Assembly (NCBI RefSeq): GCF_018336915.1
Contig: NZ_CP064923.1
Location: forward strand, 960,001-992,000
Source of the DNA: Acaryochloris marina S15
GTDB lineage: Bacteria > Cyanobacteriota > Cyanobacteriia > Thermosynechococcales > Thermosynechococcaceae
Direction: 5' to 3'
DNA length: 32,000 nucleotides
Shown here: positions 9,895 to 19,112 of the stretch, one piece after another
Layout of the letters: each line of letters begins with the position of its first letter
Numbering within the stretch: the first letter of the stretch is position 1
The notes under the pieces: model-generated
Seen by the model: the letters and a program-made list of their open reading frames with translations, nothing else
What the model was told of the DNA's origin: nothing
Databases searched by the model: none
Position numbers and translations under genes: made by a program

Positions 9895-10985
9895 GAAAAC
9901 TGTATCTCGAACCTCATTTTTCGCCTGAGGAGCTGAAGTCTCATTATCGGGCCAGCCAAGACCCAGTAGAATCGCGCCGCTGGCATCTGCTGTGGCTCGT
10001 CAGTGAGCAAACAAAGCTAACTCAAGCAGCCCAAGTGGTCGGTCTCAACTACGATTACGCCCGAGAAATTGTTAGAGAGTATAACCGCAATGGAGCTAAT
10101 GGATTACGCAACCGACGCAAAGATAAACGACCTTACCAATCTCGCAGTCTCCTGACTCAAGACCAATGTGCACAATTGTCGACTCGTCTCCAAACCCCAC
10201 CTGCCGACGGTGGTCTATGGAACGGGCCAAAAGTAGCACAGGTCATCGCCCAAATGACAGGAGTTGAGAAGGTTTGGCCCCAACGAGGTTGGGACTATCT
10301 CAAGCGATTGGAGCAGTCCCTTCAATGCCCACGTCCTCATCATCGTAAAGGCGACCCAGAGGCACAAGCCGCCTTTAAAAAAACTGCCTGAGTGCAAAGC
10401 AGAATTGGAGCGACGCTATCCTGATGCTCAAGTCGAAGTGTGGTCTTTTGATGAACACCGCTTAGGCCTTAAACCCATCATTCGAAAGATCTGGGCACCT
10501 GTAGGTCAGCGTCCGATTGCTGAGGTGGACCATCGCTACGAATGGGCCTATCTTTATGGATTCGTTCACCCCGCAACAGGCGACACTGAATGGTTCATTC
10601 TGCCTCGGGTGAATGGAGAATGGTTTAATCAAGCCCTGCAAAGCTTTGCTCAGCAAGTTGGAGCGGGACAGCACAAACAGATTCTTCTCGTTCTAGATGG
10701 TGCAGGATGGCATACCTGTAAAAATCTGGTGGTACCTAAAGGCATTCATCTGAAGGTTTTACCTCCCTATTCTCCAGAACTACAGCCCGCTGAACGATTG
10801 TGGCGGCTAGCGGATGAACCAATCGCCAATCGATGCTTTGAGACCCTCGATGCTCTCGAAGATGTGCTCGAGGAGCGCTGTCGAACTTTAATGACCATGC
10901 AATCAGACATTAAAGCTCTCACTTACTACCATTGGTGGCCAGTTTGACCGATGAGATATTTCAGGGGTTAATAAGTCGGATTTGG
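9844..10985 (+). mobile_element. IS630-family insertion sequence (1142 bp)
   Basis: Left end CCAAATCCGATTTAT... and the reverse complement of the right end CCAAATCCGACTTAT... form imperfect terminal inverted repeats (14/15 identical, with weaker similarity to about 30 bp). A TA dinucleotide flanks both ends (9842-9843 and 10986-10987), as expected for the IS630/Tc1-mariner target duplication. The internal transposase has a DDE pattern. Confidence 0.85.
9888..10947 (+). CDS. IS630-family transposase, split into two frames at an A7 tract (frameshifted or slippage-dependent)
   Basis: ORF1 (9888-10391) has an HTH-type N-terminus. ORF2 (readable from about 10372 to 10947) carries DEHRLGL ... LVLDGAGWH ... 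[12 protein letters not shown], a DD(34)E-like triad. The frames overlap at GCC TTT AAA AAA ACT (A run at 10377-10383). Removing one A gives a continuous protein of about 352 aa reading ...[20 protein letters not shown]... Confidence 0.8.
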
Positions 10986-12894
10986 TATCATCAATGATTG
11001 AGCGTAAATTATGAGCGGTTCGAGGGGTCGGACTATCTAGAGAGAGCTGTCCATCAAAATTGGTTTTATGAGCCCATAGATTAATGCCATCTCGGGTGTT
11101 GTAGCTCTGAAATCCCGTCAGTTGACGTAGCGGAATATCAGTGACATCAACTTCAGTTTGTCCCGTTGGGGCAACCAATGCGCGAATCGCTGGAGGCAAC
11201 AAATCTACAGAGATGGTGCCTTTATCCCGAAAATCTGTTTGGGGATGAAGAGTGTCACCAAAGACTGAAATCCCGGCATCATTAGCACTAATTGCAATAT
11301 TGCCGGTCATGGCGACTTGGGCAGCGCCTTGAACCCAATAGCCTTCCCCCCTAAACCCAAGGTCAAAGAGTCGGTCCCGTGTCTTTTTAGTTTGACTGAT
11401 ATTATTCCAGTCCACGCCAGTTGTTTTGATCGTGAGATTATTTCGCCAGGCTCCAATTTCATTACCAGATTCGGCAACAATACCAGCACCCACGACATCA
11501 AAAACCACATTGTCTTCAAGCACTGCATGGCTATCATGGTGGACAATTCCCCAGCCTGGAGTGCCGACAACAGCGTTGCCACGAGCGATGGCAGGAAGAC
11601 CGTTGATATCTTCTGCACCTGTTCGATGAAAGTGCAGTCCATATCGTCCACGACGATTGTTTCCCCCACCCGATGAACCATCGACATTCGTCCCTGGATC
11701 ATCAACAATTTTGCTTTTATCCGAACGACCTAAGTTATAGAAGCCGGCATTGGAAACCACAACGTCAGGATTATGCATAAACATAACGTGGGCTCGTTGC
11801 TGGGTAGGCACGGTAGCCGCATTCTCAGTCTCGAACGTAACATTCCGAGTCGTGTTGGCAACATAAAGTTTGAGCTGCCCCTGTTCAGCAATATCAGGAA
11901 ACTGGTGATCAAACCGAAGCACGGTGTTATCACCAGCCGTGATGTCGTTATTGGTGAAATAAACTCGATTCCCATCAATACGAGTGATGGTTAGTTCTTC
12001 ATCCTGAAACCGAGAATTATCTGCATCCGACTGGCCATAGCGATAATTAGTGCCCCCTAACACAATCTGATCGCCAATCTGCCAGCCTTTCGGCGCACTC
12101 TTGAGCACAAGAGCATTGTCTCCTGCACTCGCTTCACCTTGAAGTGCCAAGAAGTCAGTCTTATCAGCACCATAGATCCGAGCTTTACCATGACTGATCA
12201 GTCCTCGACTCAGCAGGCTTGAATCCCATGACTGATTGATAGCACCATCTGCAGTGAAGATAATTTGAGTCTTAACGCCGGCTTGAACTGGATTACTTTC
12301 TGAGCCAATCATCAGCTCACCAGACGGTGCAACCACAAAGGTATCCACCAACATTTTGGTATCTATATTATGGGCAAATTTCAAAGCCCCATCGACCCGC
12401 AAGGTCTCTAGGCGAGCATCACTCACACTGTTGTAGGTAACTGAGATGCCTTCTTTAATCAAAACATGGGCACCATTGGTTGGAACTTGGCGCCCTTGCC
12501 AGGTGGCGGGAGCAGACCAAGCCCCATTGTTAACAGCAATGTGGGTGGCTTGAGAATGCGGCACCAAATCTAGTAAGGCGCTATGAGTCGTTTGTTTACC
12601 TGGATCATGGGGATGAGCACCATGGCCAGATCCTGAAGCCATGGCCATACCTGAATGCGGGGCACCATGATTCGCTGAGGCTATGGCCATTTGAGGTATT
12701 GCGGGAGCTGCAGTCGCACTGGGGACTGTAGAGGAACTAGCCATTAAGGCTTGAGGTTGGGTTGTGGACTGTGACTGTGGTGTAGAAGGCGTCCCTGTAC
12801 CTGAAAGCCCGATCACCCCTGCATTACTATCAACTTGAGAAGAAGTACCTAAAAGGTTTTTGGGCAGGGGATTTGAGTTGTGATTGCCAGCCAT
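10903..12894 (-). CDS. N-terminal fragment of the exoprotein: low-complexity Ser/Thr/Gln and His/Met-rich leader, G8 domain, right-handed beta-helix (CEMIP/TMEM2-like)
   Basis: ATG at 12894. G8-like segment NNGAWSAPATWQGRQVPTNGAHVLIKEGISVTYNSVSDARLETLRVDGALKF. The motif RGRYGLHFHRTG resembles GRYPIHFH of CEMIP/TMEM2-type G8 proteins. Repetitive beta-helix-like segments follow. The last 27 codons (from 10986 downward) are IS630 sequence. Confidence 0.8.
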   Translation of the reverse strand: MAGNHNSNPLPKNLLGTSSQVDSNAGVIGLSGTGTPSTPQSQSTTQPQALMASSSTVPSATAAPAIPQMAIASANHGAPHSGMAMASGSGHGAHPHDPGKQTTHSALLDLVPHSQATHIAVNNGAWSAPATWQGRQVPTNGAHVLIKEGISVTYNSVSDARLETLRVDGALKFAHNIDTKMLVDTFVVAPSGELMIGSESNPVQAGVKTQIIFTADGAINQSWDSSLLSRGLISHGKARIYGADKTDFLALQGEASAGDNALVLKSAPKGWQIGDQIVLGGTNYRYGQSDADNSRFQDEELTITRIDGNRVYFTNNDITAGDNTVLRFDHQFPDIAEQGQLKLYVANTTRNVTFETENAATVPTQQRAHVMFMHNPDVVVSNAGFYNLGRSDKSKIVDDPGTNVDGSSGGGNNRRGRYGLHFHRTGAEDINGLPAIARGNAVVGTPGWGIVHHDSHAVLEDNVVFDVVGAGIVAESGNEIGAWRNNLTIKTTGVDWNNISQTKKTRDRLFDLGFRGEGYWVQGAAQVAMTGNIAISANDAGISVFGDTLHPQTDFRDKGTISVDLLPPAIRALVAPTGQTEVDVTDIPLRQLTGFQSYNTRDGINLWAHKTNFDGQLSLDSPTPRTAHNLRSIIDDTKSDLLTPEISHRSNWPPMVVSESFNV

Positions 12895-13714
12895 ATTATG
12901 TCTTATCGTTTAGAGTTTCATGGGTCTTACTCAGAAGAAGAAAGCTGACTTTTTGAATGCACTGCTCTATTGCCAAATGTCAAGGAAAAGTAAGCTTAAT
13001 CATGAGTTAATGGGCCTAGCTATAGATCCCCCAAACTCGATTATTTTACATAGAAAGGATGAATTTTCCGAGAATATTGGAGATGATTTATCGTTAATTG
13101 AGCAACCACAAAATTGCAAAATTGTCACGATTTATTTTTTCTATAATCTTGGTAAAACAGTTGCTTTAGATATAGATAGCTGCCTACCTAGAGAATAAAA
13201 AGCCAGGGCTCTTAGCTCCTGAAATATAGAGCAGGACAAGTTAAGCTTTCTCCTGGCACTCAGTATGGCAATACCTGGTTTGCGATCGCGTTTGAGAACA
13301 GCAACGATCGGTATAAGTTTCGTCATCGTTTTGTATAACTTAATAATAAAAGTTATACTGCAATCAAAGTATTTTCATTACAACGTTATAAATTAGCTCA
13401 ATTTGATTCCTAATAGAAAATTCAGCTATCAAGATCAGAATCTTAGATATGCAATCGCGAGATAATCTGTAAGACAATTCAATTTAGCCACACTACAATT
13501 CCTCAAGAATTTGCCTGAGCATCAGGAGATCTGGCCTTTTCAATATTTCTCATTTGTAGCTTAGATCACTAAAATCTAGCTCCATAACAGGTAGAAGTCG
13601 ACGATACTTCCACTCACTTCTATGGCTATGGACCATATAAACCTTCTGGTATGCCAAATATCACTAATAAAAACAGGGATCTGAGTAGCGCCTCAAGCCG
13701 ATGTCCTGACAGCA

Positions 13715-14071
13715 TTACCTAGGCGCTTTAGATTTCTTCTTAGCTTGATTGCGACGAGCAGCGTCTATCGCTGAATCCAACCACACCTTCAGTTCATCCA
13801 AATTCTCGTAAACGTCCATTGGCAGAAGATAGTAAGACATCGTAATGGGCTTATTTTTACGATCATAGACAAACGGACGGCTACCCGCCTCGACAAAAAA
13901 CGATTGATTTTGCCCATCCGCTTTTAGATAAATCCGTTCATCTGCGATTAAGGCAAACATTACCCCTTCCACGTATAGACCATGTCCCCCAAACATAGAT
14001 CGCGCAGACACAGGCGCTAGATAGTTGAGGCGTTCCAAGGCTGAACTGACAAATGTAGAGGATTTAGACAT
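13715..14071 (-). CDS. TfoX/Sxy N-terminal domain protein
   Basis: 118 aa. LERLNYLAPVSARSMFGGHGLYVEGVMFALIADERIYLKAD matches the TfoX_N pattern (R.MFGG.G.Y..G..FA.I.D..LYLK.D). Confidence 0.75.
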   Translation of the reverse strand: MSKSSTFVSSALERLNYLAPVSARSMFGGHGLYVEGVMFALIADERIYLKADGQNQSFFVEAGSRPFVYDRKNKPITMSYYLLPMDVYENLDELKVWLDSAIDAARRNQAKKKSKAPR

Positions 14072-14131
14072 GGAAACATGCTTTCTCCGAAAAGATGGGT
14101 ATACGGTTGAAGAGCAAGCTCACAATTTCAG

Positions 14132-14539
14132 ATGAACCATAGCATGAACAAAACGATAGCCCGCTGGCTTCTAGCTTTAGGAGTCATTACAGCCGGAATC
14201 TTACATTGGCTGACGCCCCACCCTTTTGTCCAAATGATATCCACCTTTCTGCCTTACCCCTTGGAGCTAGTCTACATTAGCGGTTTCTTTGAAATTCTAG
14301 GCGGTGTCGGATTGCTCATTCCCCGAGTCAGTCGAGCTGCTGCTTGGGGGCTGATCCTTCTATTTATTGCTGTATTTCCAGCCAATATCAATATGGCAGT
14401 CAACGACCTTGTGATTGATGGACTTCCCCACAATCTGGTGGCCTATTGGTTAAGGCTTCCACTGCAAGGAGTCTTAATTGCATTAGCTTGGTGGTTTACA
14501 AAACCAGATTTACCAGCTAGTAGAAACTCAACAAGGTAG
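14132..14539 (+). CDS. DoxX-like small integral membrane protein
   Basis: 135 aa with four predicted hydrophobic helices. The segment GFFEILGGVGLLIPR...AAWGLILLFIAVFPANI is typical of DoxX/DoxX_2-type proteins. Confidence 0.6.
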   Translation: MNHSMNKTIARWLLALGVITAGILHWLTPHPFVQMISTFLPYPLELVYISGFFEILGGVGLLIPRVSRAAAWGLILLFIAVFPANINMAVNDLVIDGLPHNLVAYWLRLPLQGVLIALAWWFTKPDLPASRNSTR

Positions 14540-14568
14540 CCCCCAGCTCAGAACTTCTCACTCCTGCT

Positions 14569-15927
14569 ATGGCCTCTCCAACTCCCGTCGATCATGATCT
14601 CAAGTCTTTCTTTCGGCTAGCAGTCATTAATGTTCTGTCTAACTTAATGGTGCCGCTAGCTGGACTGTTTGATGTTGCTTTTTTAGGCCATCTCGAACAG
14701 TTGTGGTATTTGGCTGGCGTTGCCCTGGCCACAGTGTTGTTTAACTATCTCTATTGGACCTTTGGCTTTCTAAGAATGGGGACCACGGGTATGACTGCTC
14801 AGGCTCTGGGTAGAAATGACTCCGAAGCAATACTGCTAGTGGGACTTCGCAATGGGGCAGTGGCTTTAGGGTTAGGGCTGGGCATTCTGCTCCTGCAATG
14901 GCCAATCAGAGTGTTGGGATTTGGCCTGCTGAGCGCCACCCCAGAAGTGAAAACTGCGGGTATGGCCTACTTTGATGCTTTGATCTGGGGAGCACCTGCA
15001 ACATTGCTCAATTTTGTTGTGGTGGGATGGTATTTGGGACGTGCCCAAAGTCGAAAGGTCCTACTCCTCTCTGGGATCAATAACGTTACAAATGTGTTGC
15101 TCAATTACCTGTTCATTGTCCAGTGGGATTGGCAAAGTACTGGAGCTGGGGCTGCCACAGCCCTGAGTCAATATCTGATGCTGGCAATGGGATTAGCATT
15201 AATTAGGCGAGATGTCTCTTGGCCTCAACTCCGTTCCGTTTGGCCCCAGGTTGGGCAAGCGGTAGCACTCCAGCAAACATTGACCTTTAACCGAGATATC
15301 TTGGTACGAACCTTTGCCCTGATTTCTACGTTTGCAGTATTTACCAACCTAAGTTCTGACCTGGGAACAGAGGTGTTGTCTATGAATACCTTGCTGTTAC
15401 AGGTGGTCACCCTTGCTTCCTATTTTATTGATGGCATTGCATTTGCGATGGAAAGTGTAACGGGGGTCCTCAGCCAACAAAATCAGCCTCAACGTTTGCG
15501 GCAACTGCTGACCTTATCAGGTTTGACGAGCGTTAGCTTAGGGGTTAGTTTTGCCTTCGCTTTCAATCTGTTTCCTCAACAACTATTTAGTCTGCTCACC
15601 AATCATCCAGAGGTTTTGACCCAGGTCAATCAGTATGTGGTTTGGCTTCTGCCCGTATTGGGTTTCGGTGCAGTTGCATATTTATTGGATGGCTATTTTC
15701 TAGGCCTAACAGCAGGCAGACATCTTCGTCATTCCGTATTAATCGCCACTTTGTTTGGGTTCCTGCCTTTAGCTGTGGCCGCTTGGTATTGGCAGCAGGT
15801 TCACCTACTCTGGCTAGGGTTGGCCCTATTTATGGGAAGCCGTGCTATTTTTCTGGCAATCCAAATTCCTCAGTCTCTTAAGCTCATCCATGGAACCCCT
15901 GCCGTTCCTTCCGGTCAAAAAGGGTAG
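14569..15927 (+). CDS. MATE family efflux transporter (DinF-like)
   Basis: 452 aa with about 12 hydrophobic segments. The N-terminal segment NLMVPLAGLFDVAFLGHL and the MTAQALG motif are typical of MATE/DinF. Confidence 0.8.
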   Translation: MASPTPVDHDLKSFFRLAVINVLSNLMVPLAGLFDVAFLGHLEQLWYLAGVALATVLFNYLYWTFGFLRMGTTGMTAQALGRNDSEAILLVGLRNGAVALGLGLGILLLQWPIRVLGFGLLSATPEVKTAGMAYFDALIWGAPATLLNFVVVGWYLGRAQSRKVLLLSGINNVTNVLLNYLFIVQWDWQSTGAGAATALSQYLMLAMGLALIRRDVSWPQLRSVWPQVGQAVALQQTLTFNRDILVRTFALISTFAVFTNLSSDLGTEVLSMNTLLLQVVTLASYFIDGIAFAMESVTGVLSQQNQPQRLRQLLTLSGLTSVSLGVSFAFAFNLFPQQLFSLLTNHPEVLTQVNQYVVWLLPVLGFGAVAYLLDGYFLGLTAGRHLRHSVLIATLFGFLPLAVAAWYWQQVHLLWLGLALFMGSRAIFLAIQIPQSLKLIHGTPAVPSGQKG

Positions 15928-15996
15928 GAACCTTTGCTGTAGATCTATCTGCGGGTGTTCCCAGTACTAATGAGGAGTGCCAAGGAAGTTTGACCC

Positions 15997-16473
15997 ATGT
16001 TGAGAAAAACGCTGCTATTGTCCTGTTTGTTCATGCCTATCGGCTTCATCTCATTTCTCCATCCCCAAGCTGCTTGGGCGTGTAGCTGCATGAGAAGCAC
16101 ACCAGAAGAACAGATGGAGAGAGCAGATGTGGTATTCACAGGGCGAGTTATTGATCAGAAAATGAAGACGGTGGCGACCAATCCATTGGGTGGTCTCAAA
16201 TTAGTGCAATGGACTTTTGAGGTGGAAGCAGACCACAAGGGGGTTGTATCTAAGCAACTGACGATTGAGAGTGCCTCAAATAGTGCAGCCTGTGGCATTA
16301 ATTTTCAAATGGGAGAACGCTATCAGGTGTTTGCAAATCAGAGCAAGACAGCGTTGAGAGCTTCTCTCTGCTCGGGCACACGAGCATTGACAGATCAGCA
16401 ACAGGAACAATCTCACGCACCATCCTCATGTGCGGGTGGGCATGGTAATGGATCACCGGACACGACCAACTGA
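15997..16473 (+). CDS. Secreted cysteine-containing protein with TIMP/NTR-like features; the predicted mature N-terminus is Cys-Ser-Cys
   Basis: 158 aa. Signal peptide MLRKTLLLSCLFMPIGFISFLHPQAAWA, then CSCMRSTPEEQMERADVVFTGRVI...WTFEVEADHKG...SAACGINFQMGERYQVFA...ASLCSGT. The spacing of C1, C3 and two later Cys residues, together with the DxVF.G.V and Y.v.a elements, parallels the TIMP N-domain (CTC...D.VIRAK.V...CG...C). Confidence 0.55.
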   Translation: MLRKTLLLSCLFMPIGFISFLHPQAAWACSCMRSTPEEQMERADVVFTGRVIDQKMKTVATNPLGGLKLVQWTFEVEADHKGVVSKQLTIESASNSAACGINFQMGERYQVFANQSKTALRASLCSGTRALTDQQQEQSHAPSSCAGGHGNGSPDTTN

Positions 16474-16490
16474 TTGAATCGTCGGCTGGA

Positions 16491-19112
16491 CTATTTCAAC
16501 TGAGACAAGAGCTGTTTGTGAGCATCAGCTAAAGCATCTGCTAGCTTGCTCGGATCCCGCCCGCCCGCTTGGGCTAAGTTGGGACGACCGCCACCGCCGC
16601 CGCCGCATTGTTTTGCGATCGCACCCACAAACTTCCCTGCCTGCAACCCCTGTTCAATCACCTTGGGACTAAAGGCAGCCACTAAACTCACTTTGCCTTC
16701 AGCAGGCACAGACCCTAAAACAACAGCCCCTTCACCTAGTTTTTGGAGTAGCCGTTCTGCTGCGGTTTTTAAGGATTCTGGATCAACCCCTTCTAGTTGG
16801 GAAACAATGACTTTCACTGCACCTGCGGGTTGTGCCTGATCCAGAAGCTGCTCTGACTTCGCCAAGGCTAATTCAGCTTTCAAGGCATCGAGCTGTTTCT
16901 GGGTGGTTTTGAGGTCTGATTGGAGAGTGGTAATTCTTTCAGGCAGCTCTTCTAGCTTCGCCTTAAACCGATCGCTCAAATCCCGGACCACGGCATCTCG
17001 GATATTCAAATACTCTAGAACCGCAGGTCCAGCAATGGCCTCAATTCGGCGCACGCCTGAGGCCACCCCGGCCTCCGTCACAATTTTGAACAGGCCAATT
17101 TCAGAGGTATTGCCCACATGGGTACCTCCGCAGAGTTCCATGGAGACACCAGGAACATCCATAACCCGCACTTCGGCTCCATACTTTTCCCCAAACATGG
17201 CCACAGCTCCCTTGGCCTTAGCATCGGCAATAGGCATCACCTCTGTTTCCGTACCATGGGCTTCCGCAATCCAAGTATTGATTTGGGTTTCGATTTCTTG
17301 AATCTGGGCAGACGTAACGGGCTGAGTGTAGTTAAAGTCAAAACGCAACCGATCAAAGGAGACTAATGATCCGGCTTGGCCAATGGACTCATCGACAATA
17401 TTCTTGAGGGCGGCTTGCAGCAAATGGGTGGCGGTGTGATGGGCTTGTACTTGGCGACGGCAGGCCAAGTCAATTTGGGCGGTGAGGGAGGCTCCGGTTT
17501 TCAAGGTGCCCCGCTCAATGCGGCCATAGTGAATGAAAATATTCGACTCTTTCTGAACATCTTCAATCCGCACCACGACATCTTTGCCGTTGAGGTAGCC
17601 ACGATCGCCAATCTGTCCCCCAGATTCAGCATAGAAGGGGGTTTGGTCAAGGGCAATTTGGACCTCAGTCCCGGCTTTAGCCTGTTTAACAGATTCTCCA
17701 TTGACGAGCAGGGCTACGACTTTAGCCTGAGCCGAGAAATCGGTATAGCCCAAAAAGTCTGTGGGGTGAATGGTGGTGGCGAGTTGTTCCAGGGCGCTTT
17801 GTACTGTTAAGTCGATGGTTTTATGGGCACTGCGACCGCGATCTTGTTGTTCTTTCATCGCTTTGGCAAAGCCTTTTTCGTCTACCGTCAGTCCCTGCTC
17901 TGCTGCAATTTCTTGAGTTAGCTCCAGGGGAAAACCGTAGGTGTCATAAAGGTCAAAGGCATCTTTACCTGAAATTTGCTTGGGCTTTTTAGCCATCATT
18001 TCAGCCAAGAGTTTCTCACCCCGATTCAGGGTCTTTAGGAATTGGGCTTCTTCCCGCTCTAACTCTGGCTTGATAATTTTTTCCCGTTCTCGGACTTCAG
18101 GATAGGCAACTTCCAGAGAAGCAATCGCCGTTTCAGCCACTTGGGTAATAAATGCTCCGTCAATGCCAATCAGTTGCCCATGGCGAACCACTCGGCGAAT
18201 CAGTCTTCGTAATATATATCCTCGCCCGACATTAGAGGCAGTAATTCCATCCGCAATCATCTGGACCACGGACCGCACATGATCGCCAATCACCTTTAAT
18301 GAAGTCTTGTTTTTAGCGTTGGTCTTTTTATATTGAATGCCAGGAATTTTGGCAGCGGTTTCGATAATCGGAAAGATCAAATCCGTCTCGTAATTATTCG
18401 GCACTCCCTGCAAAATCTGGGCCATCCGTTCTAGGCCCATACCCGTATCAATATTCTTATTTTTGAGGGGGGTGAGTTTCCCATCGCTATCTCGGTTGTA
18501 CTCCATGAAAACCAGGTTGTAGTACTCAATAAACCGGGTGTCATCCTCTAGATCGATGTTCTCATCCCCTTTCTCTGGGTGAAAGTCATAGTACAACTCA
18601 GAACAGGGACCACAAGGCCCAGTTGACCCCGAAGCCCAGAAGTTATCGTCAGCTCCCATACGCTGAATCCGATGTTCGGGAATACCAATCTTGTCCCGCC
18701 AGATCGCAAAGGCTTCGTCATCTTCTTCAAACACACTCGGCACAATGCGTTCGGGGGGAAGCTTATACACTTCTGTAGACAATTCCCAAGCCCAAGCAAT
18801 GGCCTGTTCTTTGAAGTAATCCCCAAAGCTGAAGTTGCCCAGCATTTCAAAGTAGGTATGGTGGCGGGCAGTTTTGCCGACATTCTCAATGTCGTTGGTG
18901 CGAATACATTTCTGGGAGGTGGTAGCTCTGGGTACTTCAGCTTCTCGTTGTCCTAAGAAGATGGGTTTGAAGGGCAACATTCCGGCAATGGTGAGCAGAA
19001 CGGTCGGATCTTCGGGCACCAAGGAGGCACTGGGTAAAATTTTGTGGCCTTTGGCGGCATAGAAGTCGAGGAAGGTTTGCCGGATTTGAGCACCGCTAAG
19101 AGACGCAACCAT
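16491..19112 (-). CDS. alaS: Alanine--tRNA ligase
   Basis: I start the gene at ATG 19112 ([23 protein letters not shown]...), the usual AlaS N-terminus. The TTG at 19133 in the ORF track is probably an over-extension. It has the editing-domain HTATHLL and CGGTHV motifs and a C-terminal [14 protein letters not shown] (DHHA1). Confidence 0.95.
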   Translation of the reverse strand: MVASLSGAQIRQTFLDFYAAKGHKILPSASLVPEDPTVLLTIAGMLPFKPIFLGQREAEVPRATTSQKCIRTNDIENVGKTARHHTYFEMLGNFSFGDYFKEQAIAWAWELSTEVYKLPPERIVPSVFEEDDEAFAIWRDKIGIPEHRIQRMGADDNFWASGSTGPCGPCSELYYDFHPEKGDENIDLEDDTRFIEYYNLVFMEYNRDSDGKLTPLKNKNIDTGMGLERMAQILQGVPNNYETDLIFPIIETAAKIPGIQYKKTNAKNKTSLKVIGDHVRSVVQMIADGITASNVGRGYILRRLIRRVVRHGQLIGIDGAFITQVAETAIASLEVAYPEVREREKIIKPELEREEAQFLKTLNRGEKLLAEMMAKKPKQISGKDAFDLYDTYGFPLELTQEIAAEQGLTVDEKGFAKAMKEQQDRGRSAHKTIDLTVQSALEQLATTIHPTDFLGYTDFSAQAKVVALLVNGESVKQAKAGTEVQIALDQTPFYAESGGQIGDRGYLNGKDVVVRIEDVQKESNIFIHYGRIERGTLKTGASLTAQIDLACRRQVQAHHTATHLLQAALKNIVDESIGQAGSLVSFDRLRFDFNYTQPVTSAQIQEIETQINTWIAEAHGTETEVMPIADAKAKGAVAMFGEKYGAEVRVMDVPGVSMELCGGTHVGNTSEIGLFKIVTEAGVASGVRRIEAIAGPAVLEYLNIRDAVVRDLSDRFKAKLEELPERITTLQSDLKTTQKQLDALKAELALAKSEQLLDQAQPAGAVKVIVSQLEGVDPESLKTAAERLLQKLGEGAVVLGSVPAEGKVSLVAAFSPKVIEQGLQAGKFVGAIAKQCGGGGGGRPNLAQAGGRDPSKLADALADAHKQLLSQLK

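Larger units (their letters stand above)
6934..12894 (-). pseudogene. Large G8/beta-helix/PKD/RTX exoprotein gene interrupted by an IS630-family insertion (the two fragments are listed separately)
   Basis: The 663-aa ORF runs into the right end of the IS and the 986-aa ORF runs out of the left end, on the same strand. The last residues of the upstream ORF (TKSD...SESFNV) and the first 17 residues of the downstream ORF (MAFSNY...RIW) are encoded by IS sequence. The beta-helix-like sequence appears to continue across the junction (...RSIIDD / [15 protein letters not shown]...). Confidence 0.65.

Noticed and set aside
12920-13326. Two small ORFs (92 aa plus strand, 61 aa minus strand) in the AT-rich spacer
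   Set aside because: Neither has a convincing ribosome-binding site. They overlap each other on opposite strands, and their composition simply reflects AT-rich DNA. I do not call them genes.
16546-19062. Plus-strand ORFs of 60-144 aa antisense to alaS
   Set aside because: All lie entirely within the highly conserved alaS coding region and have no recognisable motifs or ribosome-binding sites. They are typical antisense shadow ORFs.
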